Shown in pieces: positions 9,002 through 18,390 of a DNA stretch of 53,045 nucleotides. Positions within the stretch are counted from its first letter, which is position 1; every line of letters starts with the position of its first letter. Source of the DNA: an uncultured Pirellula sp. (GTDB lineage Bacteria > Planctomycetota > Planctomycetia > Pirellulales > Pirellulaceae); NCBI GenBank assembly GCA_903820735.1, contig CAIJIZ010000216.1, positions 1 through 53,045 on the forward strand, in the 5' to 3' direction. The translations under genes and the position numbers were made by a program. A model generated the notes under the pieces. The model was not told the DNA's origin, searched no databases, and saw nothing but the letters and a program-made list of their open reading frames with translations.

Positions 9002-10000
9002 ATGTCGATCGATTTATTGCCGGATAGTCAACCCGAAGCCACCGAGGGATCGGTTTCTCATCACCGAACGGTGGAGCAAGCAGATCCTGCTATTGCCTTG
9101 CAGTGGCCGGTGACGGCGGTCAATCCAGTGAAGATTCGCTGGAGGTATGCGATCGGAATCCCAGTGATTCATTTGCTTGCTTGCTTGGCTTTCGTTCCTT
9201 GGTTTTTTAGCTGGACAGGGGTCGTTCTGAGCATTTTGGGACTCTATGTTTTCGGTACCTTGGGCATCAATATCGGCTTTCACCGATTGCTCACGCACCG
9301 AGGAATGGTTGCTCCAAAATGGTTCGAGCATACATTGGCTGTGCTTGGGGTATGCACGATGCAGGATACACCTGCATGCTGGGTTGCAATGCACCGGATC
9401 CACCACCAGCATTCGGATCACCGACCCGATCCTCACAGTCCATTGGTGACCTTCTTCTGGGGGCACTTTGGCTGGTTGATGTTCGACAACCGCGACTTCT
9501 CCAACGTGAAAGACTATCAGCGATTCACCCGTGACTTGCTCAAAGATCCCTTCTACATGAAGCTAGAGCGGAACACGAATTGGCTCAAAATATACTTGGC
9601 AGTCGCGATGCTTTTCCCCGCTGTTGGGTTTCTCGTCGGATGGTTGATGACGGGCGATGTGTGGGGAGGAGTTAAGTTCGGTGCGAGCTTGCTGGTGTGG
9701 GGCGTATTTGTACGAACAGTCTTGAACTGGCACATAACTTGGAGTGTCAACTCGGTCACGCACATCTGGGGCTATAAGAATTACGACACGAAAGACAATA
9801 GTCGCAATAATTGGATTATCGGTCTGTTAGCCAATGGAGAAGGTTGGCACAACAATCATCACGCCGACCAACGCGCGGCCGCTCACGGTCACAAGTGGTG
9901 GGAATTCGATGTCAGTTGGTTGACGATCTTGGTCTTTGAAAAAATCGGGTTGGTCTCGGATGTCGTTAGGCCAAAGATTTGGACTGAAAAACAGAAGTAA
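9002..10000 (+). CDS. Membrane fatty acid (acyl-CoA/acyl-lipid delta-9-like) desaturase
   Basis: His boxes HRLLTH, HRIHH and GEGWHNNHH, plus DPHSP and TM segments. Confidence 0.95.
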   Translation: MSIDLLPDSQPEATEGSVSHHRTVEQADPAIALQWPVTAVNPVKIRWRYAIGIPVIHLLACLAFVPWFFSWTGVVLSILGLYVFGTLGINIGFHRLLTHRGMVAPKWFEHTLAVLGVCTMQDTPACWVAMHRIHHQHSDHRPDPHSPLVTFFWGHFGWLMFDNRDFSNVKDYQRFTRDLLKDPFYMKLERNTNWLKIYLAVAMLFPAVGFLVGWLMTGDVWGGVKFGASLLVWGVFVRTVLNWHITWSVNSVTHIWGYKNYDTKDNSRNNWIIGLLANGEGWHNNHHADQRAAAHGHKWWEFDVSWLTILVFEKIGLVSDVVRPKIWTEKQK

Positions 10001-10069
10001 AGCCCTGCGGTCACGGAGGGGCTGGCCACTTTGACTTCCTAAGTTTTCTTGTCTTTAGTCTATCTGCAC

Positions 10070-10711
10070 ATGAATCCTACGCTCCCTGGCGAACAAGATG
10101 TTTTGAGTCTAGGCGACTCTTACACCATCGGAGAGAGTGTCGAGGAAAAGCATCGTTGGCCAATTCAGCTAGTTGCTGAATTGCAAGAACGAGGTGTGCA
10201 ATGGAACCAACCTCGCATCATCGCGAAGACGGGTTGGACGACTGATGAATTGCAAAGTGCGATCGATCAAAGTCCATTCATTGGTCGGACATATGGATGG
10301 GTAACACTCCTGATCGGTGTGAACAACCAGTATCGAGGTCTAGGCGCAGAGATCTTTCGCACGGACTTTCGAGAACTTCTGCAATATGCCATCGAGCGGG
10401 CCAATAATCGCCCCCGTCGTGTACTTGTTTTAAGTATCCCAGACTGGGGGGTGACACCCTTTGCGAGAGGCCGTGATACCAAGAAGATTGCTGCAGAAAT
10501 CGATATGTTCAATCGGATCAAAAGCGAGGAGACGCTTGCTCAGAACGCCCATTTCATCGACATCACCGACATCTCTCGCGATGCTGCAGAGTATCCCAGC
10601 AAATGGCTTGCACCTGATGAACTACATCCTTCGGGTGCGATGTATTGGCGTTGGGCTCAGCGAGCTGCAGATGTTGTGCTGCAAGAAATAACAAAGGCCG
10701 CTGAACTATAG
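10070..10711 (+). CDS. SGNH/GDSL hydrolase
   Basis: Motifs LGDSYT, GWTT, IGVNN and DELHPS. Confidence 0.93.
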   Translation: MNPTLPGEQDVLSLGDSYTIGESVEEKHRWPIQLVAELQERGVQWNQPRIIAKTGWTTDELQSAIDQSPFIGRTYGWVTLLIGVNNQYRGLGAEIFRTDFRELLQYAIERANNRPRRVLVLSIPDWGVTPFARGRDTKKIAAEIDMFNRIKSEETLAQNAHFIDITDISRDAAEYPSKWLAPDELHPSGAMYWRWAQRAADVVLQEITKAAEL

Positions 10712-10736
10712 AACTATCCGTTACCTAGGATGATCA

Positions 10737-12065
10737 TCAGGTAACTCCCTGTCGCTTTGACGAAAACTCACGATAGGATTCGGTGTGGATTGAGGCTTCC
10801 ATCGCTTCGACAGCGCGTTCGATATCGCTGAGTTGATTCGTAAGTGGCGTGATACCGAAGCGAATAATGTTCGGTTCGCGGAAGTCTGGAATGACTCGGT
10901 AACGCTGAATCAAGTCCTGAGTGATCTGCCAGCCATGTTCGTGGGTGAACGCCAAGTGCGATCCTCGCATCTTCGGATCGCGGGGGGTGATCAGGCCATA
11001 GCCCAACTGGGCTAATCGGGTTTCGTAGCTCTTCAAAAACGCTTCGATCAGTCCGATCGATCGCGAATGTAGCCATTCGATGCCGGCTTCTAGTACCAAA
11101 TCAACACCGGGTTCGATCGCCGCAGTGGAGAGAACCGGCGGGGTGCCGACAAGAAATCGCTCTAATCCTGAGCTTGGTATGTAATCTGGTTGAAACTCAA
11201 ATGGACTTGCTGCCCCAAACCAGCCCTGTATGGGGTTCTGCATGATGGCTTGAAGGTCTGATCGTAAATAGAGAAAAGCGGGTGCTCCCGGGCCGCCGTT
11301 AAGGTACTTGTAAGTGCAACCCACCGCGGCATCAGCGTTTGCCGCATCAAGGTCTATCTTAATGGCACCGACGCTGTGGCTAAGGTCCCACAAAATCGGA
11401 ACGCCAAATCGATGACATAATTCCGATGTGGCTTTTAAATCAAATGCATAGCCGCTTTGGTACTGGACATGGGAAAGGGATACTAGTGCCACCGATTCAT
11501 CAAGTTGCGATTCTAAGACTTCTAGCACACTGGCGTGGGAAAGCGAAGAAGTATCCGTGCCGCAAAACGCCAGCGGTTGTACTTCGAGGTCCTGACCAGC
11601 TTGTTTTGCTATGCCAGCGAGAACATATAAATCGGAAGGAAAGTTCGCGGCGTCGGTGAGGATCCTTGTTCGCTTACCACGATGTGCAAGCAACGCCCAA
11701 GCGAGTTTGTAGAGGTTGGTAGAAGTTGATTCACTGACAATTGTTTCGCCGGTTTTAGCACCGATGAGTCTACCGATTTTCTCTCCGATCCGATTTGCTA
11801 GCCCTAGCCAGTGGAGATTCCAGCTACGGATCAGTTGATCACCCCATTGACTGCGCAGTACTTGATCCATGCGTTCGAGGGTACTGGTAGGTAATCGTCC
11901 GAGAGAATTTCCGTCGAGATATACCATTTCGCCATGAGGCGTGCCATCACTCGTTTGCGTTGCGATAGCGGGTTCAAAAACAAACCGATCACGAAATGGG
12001 TTAGATCGCAGATCATCAATACTTAGATCGAACCGAGCTTGAGTTGACTGAGAACGGTTATCCAT
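10737..12065 (-). CDS. kynU: Kynureninase
   Basis: Motifs YLDGNSLG, NFPSDLY, WDLSHSVG, GCTYKYLNGGPG and GWFG. Confidence 0.95.
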   Translation of the reverse strand: MDNRSQSTQARFDLSIDDLRSNPFRDRFVFEPAIATQTSDGTPHGEMVYLDGNSLGRLPTSTLERMDQVLRSQWGDQLIRSWNLHWLGLANRIGEKIGRLIGAKTGETIVSESTSTNLYKLAWALLAHRGKRTRILTDAANFPSDLYVLAGIAKQAGQDLEVQPLAFCGTDTSSLSHASVLEVLESQLDESVALVSLSHVQYQSGYAFDLKATSELCHRFGVPILWDLSHSVGAIKIDLDAANADAAVGCTYKYLNGGPGAPAFLYLRSDLQAIMQNPIQGWFGAASPFEFQPDYIPSSGLERFLVGTPPVLSTAAIEPGVDLVLEAGIEWLHSRSIGLIEAFLKSYETRLAQLGYGLITPRDPKMRGSHLAFTHEHGWQITQDLIQRYRVIPDFREPNIIRFGITPLTNQLSDIERAVEAMEASIHTESYREFSSKRQGVT

Positions 12066-12098
12066 GAGTCGCTAAATCCAAGTCCGCATTGCGTTGAG

Positions 12099-12527
12099 TT
12101 ACTCAGGGGGCTCTAGTGGCCCTGGGAGTCTCACGAGTTCGCTAGCGACAAACGATTTTTCTATCTGCATCCCAAGATGCTCAATGGAGTACTCGATGAC
12201 TTTTCGTACCGTCGAGTAGCGCATGGCGATGATCGTGGCGATCATTGGGTCGTTTTGCAAGTTGTTTGCTAATACCTCTACTTGGTCTCCCACTCGCAAG
12301 CCTTCGAAGCTTACCGGCAACCACAAGATGGGTTTTACTCGTAAAGTGATCACGTTAGGAATTCGAACATGGTAATACTCACCATCGAATTCGGTTCGTT
12401 CGAAAATATGCTCGCTGGGCACCCAGTCTTCTACCTTGGATCGGTCCTCAGGATGGAACGCTTCTATCCCCTCTTGGGGCCACACCGAATAAACGCCATA
12501 GTCAGGTAATTGAGGCCAGTTGATCAT
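12099..12527 (-). CDS. Hypothetical protein (beta-rich, SH3/KOW-like C-terminal half)
   Basis: Compact ORF with operon-like spacing. Contains WPQEG...HPED and LRVGDQVEV segments. Confidence 0.7.
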   Translation of the reverse strand: MINWPQLPDYGVYSVWPQEGIEAFHPEDRSKVEDWVPSEHIFERTEFDGEYYHVRIPNVITLRVKPILWLPVSFEGLRVGDQVEVLANNLQNDPMIATIIAMRYSTVRKVIEYSIEHLGMQIEKSFVASELVRLPGPLEPPE

Positions 12528-12536
12528 GGATTATTC

Positions 12537-13013
12537 TTACTGCGATGCATAGCGTTTGAGGACTTCGATCATCTCAATCAGACGGCGCTGCGCCAAAGGT
12601 AGAGTCGATTCGGCTAAGTCATCGAGCTGCCGTATGCTCGATAAAGCTTCTTGTGCAAAGCGATCCCATTCCATTGCAAGTTGAGGAACAAGTCGAGCGC
12701 GTTGTTCGCAGAGTTCACGCCGATAAGTTGCTCGCTCAAGTGCTTTGCGTTGAAGCAAACAGGACGATTCGTCATCGGATCGTGTTTTCGACTGACAACG
12801 TCCCAGCTCATCTCGCGCTTCAACCCATTTCTTCTGAGCGATTCTCAGTTCGTTAGCCCAGTACTCAGGTAGCTCTTTACCAAGCCACATTGTGACACGC
12901 TGGAACTGTTCGCGTATATCGTCGGAACTAGTTGAAGTTTCGGACCTCATCGCTTCGATGGATCGTGAAAACTCCTCGAGCGCTTCGATATTCCCGACTT
13001 TGGCGTCAGCCAT
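12537..13013 (-). CDS. Helical coiled-coil protein, putative WXG100 partner
   Basis: All-helical composition. Its start overlaps the end of the WXG100-like gene by 8 bp. Confidence 0.7.
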   Translation of the reverse strand: MADAKVGNIEALEEFSRSIEAMRSETSTSSDDIREQFQRVTMWLGKELPEYWANELRIAQKKWVEARDELGRCQSKTRSDDESSCLLQRKALERATYRRELCEQRARLVPQLAMEWDRFAQEALSSIRQLDDLAESTLPLAQRRLIEMIEVLKRYASQ

Positions 13014-13281
13014 GGCCGCGTTGGTACTCTTCGATAAGTTCGGCTTTGCGCATTAAATAAGGGACATGCCGCTCGCTGGCTTCGATCAAGCGAGCGAGTT
13101 GTTTGAGTTCTTGCTCGAATTCAGCTGCGAATTTCACATGCTCTTGATCACGCCAGGAAATAGCTAATTGCTGCATCTGCTGCGTGAGTTTTGCCGTTGA
13201 GTCGGCCAAACCTCCAGAGAATCGCTTCAACTGCATCGCAAACTGACGCAGTTGCTCTGGATCGACAATCGCTTGTGTCAT
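13006..13281 (-). CDS. WXG100/ESAT-6-like protein (91 aa)
   Basis: MTQAIVDPEQLRQFAMQLKRF...SWRDQEH..F: the size, VDPE.L start and central W-x-D turn fit the family. A GGAG RBS lies 7 nt upstream of ATG 13281. Confidence 0.85.
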   Translation of the reverse strand: MTQAIVDPEQLRQFAMQLKRFSGGLADSTAKLTQQMQQLAISWRDQEHVKFAAEFEQELKQLARLIEASERHVPYLMRKAELIEEYQRGHG

Positions 13282-13320
13282 AACACAACTCCACGGAATC
13301 CAAGGAACAATCAGAAGCAA

Positions 13321-14373
13321 CTAAGCGACGTTCTTGGCTGCTCGCTTGTTGAGCTTCTCTTGATAAGCCTTCAAATCGATGACATCTTTCGCGAGCCCAA
13401 GGGCTCGAAGAAGCCGAATCGCTTGGAACGTAATATCAAATTCCCACCACTTGTGGCCGTGTTGGGCCAGTCGGGGAAGTGCATGGTGGTTGTTGTGCCA
13501 GCCTTCGCCGTAAGCGACGATCGCGACCCACCAAAGATTTCGGCTGTCGTCGCGAGTCTCGTAGTTTTTGTAGCCAAACATGTGCGAGGCTGAGTTAACG
13601 AACCAAGTCACGTGCAAGACAGCTACCATCCGGACGCACACAGCCCAAACCAGCCAAGAAACGGCAACAGCCTGTCCGCCGTACAAGTATCCAGCGCCGG
13701 TGAGCAACGCCCCGAAGACAATGTGAATCGGAAGGAAGAAATTCTCGAAGAACATCAAGACTTTGTCTTTGACCAAATCCGGGACCCAATGCTTGGTGAA
13801 TCCCTCTTTGTCGCCATTGTCGGTCGAGAAAGCCAACCAGAACATGTGAGACCACCAAGGACCATCGTGAGGCGAATGGGGGTCACCGGGTTGATCGCTG
13901 TAAGCGTGATGCTTGCGGTGATTTGCAGTCCAACTGATCGGACCTCCTTCTCCCGCCAAGACGCCACAAAATGTCAAACCATATTTTACCCAATTCGGTA
14001 CCACCAACCCCGTGTGGGTCAGCAGACGGTGGTAGCCCAAGCAAATTCCGAGACTGCCATTGATCCAGTGAATGAACAAACAGAGCCACAAACCACTCCA
14101 AGTAAATGTCCATGGTGCGGCCAGCGCGCCGATATGCAACGCGATTAACCAAGCCGTCGCGCCCCATTGAATACGATAGACTTCAGGGATCCGCGGCTGG
14201 GCCTTAGATCCCGATTTGACCGTAACGACTCCCTCCATTTCCTCTCCCGCCGGACTAACAGGAGGGGTCAGTACCGTCGCATGGTGCTGCCTGGCCACTG
14301 GGGCCCCTGCAAGCGTCGCAGAAGATGTAGTGGTGCCAGAAGCCATTTCTGACGGATTCGATGCACTTCGCAT
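13321..14373 (-). CDS. Membrane fatty acid desaturase (second paralog)
   Basis: His boxes HRLLTH, HRKHH and GEGWHNNHH, plus DPHSP. Confidence 0.95.
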   Translation of the reverse strand: MRSASNPSEMASGTTTSSATLAGAPVARQHHATVLTPPVSPAGEEMEGVVTVKSGSKAQPRIPEVYRIQWGATAWLIALHIGALAAPWTFTWSGLWLCLFIHWINGSLGICLGYHRLLTHTGLVVPNWVKYGLTFCGVLAGEGGPISWTANHRKHHAYSDQPGDPHSPHDGPWWSHMFWLAFSTDNGDKEGFTKHWVPDLVKDKVLMFFENFFLPIHIVFGALLTGAGYLYGGQAVAVSWLVWAVCVRMVAVLHVTWFVNSASHMFGYKNYETRDDSRNLWWVAIVAYGEGWHNNHHALPRLAQHGHKWWEFDITFQAIRLLRALGLAKDVIDLKAYQEKLNKRAAKNVA

Positions 14374-14674
14374 GATGACTCGCTATATGAGGGAAGCTTC
14401 GACCTTAAAACTCGACGCGTTCGATTATGATTCGGCGTTTGATCACTTCAAAAGATTAACGTCAGAGGGCGGGGCAAAGCGTCCGCGGTGCATGATTACT
14501 TTGTCAAAGATATGTAAAAGTCGATCCGAAGCAGGTTTCAAACTAACTATTTTGCAATTTCGCATCATTTATTGCGAAAAATGGAGTTGCTTTATAAACC
14601 TTATCTTTAGAGTATCGTATCGAGAAGGCCGAACCTGCTAAGTGAAATCAGTTACTCTAATTAAAGAGCGCGGT

Positions 14675-16870
14675 ATGTTGCAGCCAAACCAAGATGGCCA
14701 AGTGCGTCACTCGGGAAATCATCGCGATTTGCTTCGTGCTGTCCTTGCTGATCTTCTGCTAAGGCTCGAGGTTCCCCACGAGTCGTCGAGTATTGCACAA
14801 GCGCTGACCGACACAATTTTAGAAGACAACGTCAGCCCGGATGCTACTGCATTGTCGATGATGCGTGCCGGGTCGGCCGTCGGGCTTCGAATCGCGCCTG
14901 TGGAGATATCGACAGTCGATGTGTGGGAAGTCCTGCTCGATGAATTCCCTGTTGCGGTCCTTTACCGGGGAGATAACGCGGAATTGTCCGCAGTTGTCTT
15001 CTCGCACGTTGCAGGTGGGCGAGTTGATACGACGTTCTTGAGTGGCAAGACCAAGAAGACTGATTCTCTCTCGCGGAAACAGGTTGGCCGTTTGCTTGGT
15101 CGCGCAAAAGACGTCCAGTACTTTATCGCCGAACCGTCCCTTTCGTGTGAGAAAATCACTTCCGGGCACGACCCGGAAAATGTTCAACACGCAAACGTGG
15201 ACTCGCACTCCGATCATGAGCATCACATAGAGCATCTTTCGCCTCAAAAGAGGTTGCTTCGTCTACTGAAACTTGATTCTCGCGACATCTGGACTTTAGG
15301 CGTGTTTACGATCGTCGTGAGCTTTCTGGACCTTGCGACGCCCCTGGCCGTCGAGCAGATGGTGACAACGATCGGTTTTGCATCGGTGATCCAACCCTTG
15401 ATCTGGATCGCTGTTCTGTTGTTTGCGATCCTGTCTCTTTCTGCGTTGATCAAATCCTTGCAGTTATTCGTTGTCGAAATCTTGCAGCGCCGCATGATCG
15501 TCCGCGTTATCGGGGATCTCGCGGAACGATTTCCTCGCTTGGAACGGTCCGCGATCGATGGCATTCATGGTCCGGAAATGGCTAACCGGTTCTTCGATGT
15601 GATGACTCTGCAAAAGGCGACTGCTTCACTCCTTACGGATCTGCTCGCCCTCGCCATCCAAACCCTAGCCGGATTGCTTCTCCTTGCGCTCTACAGTCCC
15701 TACCTCTTGGCCTTTGATATCGTATTGTTGATGTCGATGACGATCATGATCTACGCATTGGGTCGTGGCGGAGTCCGGTCGGCGATCGAAGAGTCCTTGG
15801 TGAAGTATCGTATTGCCCATTGGCTGGAAGATGTCATCGGGAATCCGAATGCATTTCAAGTTCATGGAGGTGGCGCCTTTGCGGTCGACCGCGCGAACCG
15901 TCTCATGGTGGAATACTTAAGCGCCAGAAGAAAACACTTTGTGGTTCTTATCCGTCAGTCCCTCTTTGCCTTGATGCTCTATGCTGTGTCCATTTCGATT
16001 TTGCTCTCACTCGGCGGTTGGCTGGTCCTCAATAACGCACTTACAATTGGGCAATTGGTCGCGAGCGTGTCGGTTGTTGCCGTGGTCGTTGGTGCCTTCT
16101 CGAAAATCGGCAAGAGTCTCGAGTCGTTCTACGACCTGATGGCCGCGACTGATAAAGTTGGCCACCTGATCGATCTTCCTACTGTTCCTCCATCGCGCTC
16201 GATCGATGCCGGTATTGGCCCTGTCGATGTTCGTTTTCGCGACCTTGTAGTTGCTGCCGGAAGGAACCATGTTTCGATTCCGAACTTCCATATAAATGCA
16301 GGAGAAAGAGTAGCTGTCCACGGTGAAGGTCATGCTGGCAAGTCAACGCTGTTGCAAACGCTAGCTGGCCTTCGAAATCCTTACGGCGGTCTCTCGGAAA
16401 TCGGTGGTATCGATTCCCGCGATGTGAACCGATTTGCGGACGGATCAATGGTCGGTATCGCATCGGAAATCGAAGTCTTCCATGGTACGCTGCAAGAAGG
16501 TGTCACCCTGCATCGACTTTCTATCCATGAAAGTGATTTGAGAGAAGCTTTGCAACTCACCGAGCTTTGGGACGAAGTCCTAGCCTTGCCACGCGGTCTG
16601 GAAACCATGCTGCAAACCGGTGGATACCCCTTGAGTAAATCTCAATCCGCCCGCCTGATGATCGCCCGAGCAATCATCGCACGACCCCGCTTGCTACTGA
16701 TCGACGGAACTCTCGATCGATTGCCCCCACGCATGCGCGAACGCATCTGGAATAATCTTCGAGCCCCCAAAAATCCTTGGACTCTTCTGATCGTTACCCA
16801 CGATCCGAACATCCTTAACGATTGCGATAAGACCATCGAGTTGATATCCGACCTTCATTCGCATCACTAG
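14675..16870 (+). CDS. T1SS-type ABC exporter (N-terminal extra domain, TMD, degenerate NBD)
   Basis: TM helices, Walker A GEGHAGKST, signature LSKSQ, Walker B LLLIDG and H-loop VTHD. Confidence 0.9.
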   Translation: MLQPNQDGQVRHSGNHRDLLRAVLADLLLRLEVPHESSSIAQALTDTILEDNVSPDATALSMMRAGSAVGLRIAPVEISTVDVWEVLLDEFPVAVLYRGDNAELSAVVFSHVAGGRVDTTFLSGKTKKTDSLSRKQVGRLLGRAKDVQYFIAEPSLSCEKITSGHDPENVQHANVDSHSDHEHHIEHLSPQKRLLRLLKLDSRDIWTLGVFTIVVSFLDLATPLAVEQMVTTIGFASVIQPLIWIAVLLFAILSLSALIKSLQLFVVEILQRRMIVRVIGDLAERFPRLERSAIDGIHGPEMANRFFDVMTLQKATASLLTDLLALAIQTLAGLLLLALYSPYLLAFDIVLLMSMTIMIYALGRGGVRSAIEESLVKYRIAHWLEDVIGNPNAFQVHGGGAFAVDRANRLMVEYLSARRKHFVVLIRQSLFALMLYAVSISILLSLGGWLVLNNALTIGQLVASVSVVAVVVGAFSKIGKSLESFYDLMAATDKVGHLIDLPTVPPSRSIDAGIGPVDVRFRDLVVAAGRNHVSIPNFHINAGERVAVHGEGHAGKSTLLQTLAGLRNPYGGLSEIGGIDSRDVNRFADGSMVGIASEIEVFHGTLQEGVTLHRLSIHESDLREALQLTELWDEVLALPRGLETMLQTGGYPLSKSQSARLMIARAIIARPRLLLIDGTLDRLPPRMRERIWNNLRAPKNPWTLLIVTHDPNILNDCDKTIELISDLHSHH

Positions 16871-16936
16871 TCTGTTTCGCAACTCAACCTTACCCCCAGA
16901 CCCGCGAACAACTACACATCACAAGAACTCTAAGAC

Positions 16937-18376
16937 ATGGCTACCTTGACTCAAGAATCCACGAATAGCAATCAGCCAAAACGCCGCATGATTCGACTTC
17001 GGCCAAGCCAAGATCTTGGCGAACGATTCCCCGCTATGCACTTGGTCCGCTCCAGTTGGTTCGCTCGCGGATTAGCCCGCACCTTGCTACTGCTAATGAT
17101 TCTCCTCCTTGTCGCCGCTATCTTCTTGCCCTGGCAGCAAACATCCAGAGGAGAAGGTCAAGTCACCGCAAGGTTGCCACAGCTGCGACTCCAAGCAGTC
17201 GAGAGCCCAGCCAAAGGCATTATCGCTTCACTCCGACCCGATCTGCGCGAAGGTTCCCTCGTCGAAGAAGGGGAGATCATTATGGAAATCAAACCCTTCG
17301 CAGAAGACGCCGAACGATTGACCAAAGAAGTCGCAAAAGCCGTACAAGACAAACTTGCTTCTTATCGCTTGATCCTCGAAAACACCCGCCAGCAAGTAGA
17401 ATCGGTCCGCATGCAAGGCGCACAGACCATCGCCAGCGCAGAAGCAGACGTTCGCAGCTCCAGCAACTCCTGGGAAAAAGCTACCCGCGATGTCGAAGAG
17501 CAACTCTTTAAATTCAACCAAGCCAAGCTTGAACGGGAACGATACCAAGACCTTAAAGGGGACGTGATCTCCGAAGTCGAATTCTCCAATCTCGAAAATA
17601 AAGAACTCTCCGAATTGGCAAAACTCGAGTCGTCCATGGCGGCAGCGAAGAAAGGCTACAACGATCTCGAAGGTAAAGAACGCGATCTCGAAGGTAAACG
17701 GCGCGAAATCGAACAGAAAATTCTGCAAGCTCAAAACTACGTTGATAAAGCCATCACCGATGTGAACAACACCCAAAAAGAACTCAACGACGTCCTGACC
17801 AAACAAGGCGAACTCGACCGACTGAAAGTCCCCAGCCCCAGTCGAGGTCGCATCCAAGCCATCCGAGGACAAGCGGGTACGAATAGTGTCAAAGAAGGTG
17901 ACAAACTCTTCGAAGTCGTTCCGGAAACCGATGATCTCGCCGTAGAACTAACCGTTCGGGGCGTCGATGCTCCTCTGATCCATGTCGGTGACCCCGTTCG
18001 ATTGCAGTTCGAAGGCTGGCCAGCAATCCAATTCGTCGGGTGGCCTTCCGTCGCCGTCGGTACCTTCCCCGGGGAGGTCATCGCGGTCAATCCAACCGAT
18101 TCCGGCAAAGGCATTTTTAAGATCGTCGTCGGTCCAGTTAAAAATGGGGGGGATGGGGCGAGTTTGTCGACTGTATCGAATATGACGGATTTGAAATGGC
18201 CGGATAGTCGATACCTACGACAAGGTGTCCGCGCTAACGGCTGGGTTATCCTCAAGAGAGTTTCGCTAGGCTACGAAATATGGCGTCAACTGAACGGGTT
18301 CCCGATCACGATCAGCGATACCGAACCAACGGAAGAAAAGGCTGCCAAAGAACCCAAGGCGCCAAAGATCAAATAG
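16937..18376 (+). CDS. HlyD-family membrane fusion protein
   Basis: N-terminal TM (FLPWQQT), lipoyl halves (EGSLVEEGE, VKEGDKL), a long coiled coil and VRLQFEGWPAIQFVGWP. Confidence 0.92.
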   Translation: MATLTQESTNSNQPKRRMIRLRPSQDLGERFPAMHLVRSSWFARGLARTLLLLMILLLVAAIFLPWQQTSRGEGQVTARLPQLRLQAVESPAKGIIASLRPDLREGSLVEEGEIIMEIKPFAEDAERLTKEVAKAVQDKLASYRLILENTRQQVESVRMQGAQTIASAEADVRSSSNSWEKATRDVEEQLFKFNQAKLERERYQDLKGDVISEVEFSNLENKELSELAKLESSMAAAKKGYNDLEGKERDLEGKRREIEQKILQAQNYVDKAITDVNNTQKELNDVLTKQGELDRLKVPSPSRGRIQAIRGQAGTNSVKEGDKLFEVVPETDDLAVELTVRGVDAPLIHVGDPVRLQFEGWPAIQFVGWPSVAVGTFPGEVIAVNPTDSGKGIFKIVVGPVKNGGDGASLSTVSNMTDLKWPDSRYLRQGVRANGWVILKRVSLGYEIWRQLNGFPITISDTEPTEEKAAKEPKAPKIK

Positions 18377-18390
18377 CAATCCAAGCAACA

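Noticed and set aside
10737-12065. kynU as part of a tryptophan catabolic or secondary-metabolite cluster
   Set aside because: No kynA, kynB or biosynthetic genes are nearby, and stand-alone kynU is common.
17228-18255. 214-aa and 172-aa minus-strand ORFs
   Set aside because: They are antisense to hlyD and explained by its biased codon usage.
18280-18390. N-terminal extension of the TolC ORF
   Set aside because: It overlaps the hlyD 3' end. ATG 18391 or 18409 fits operon spacing better.
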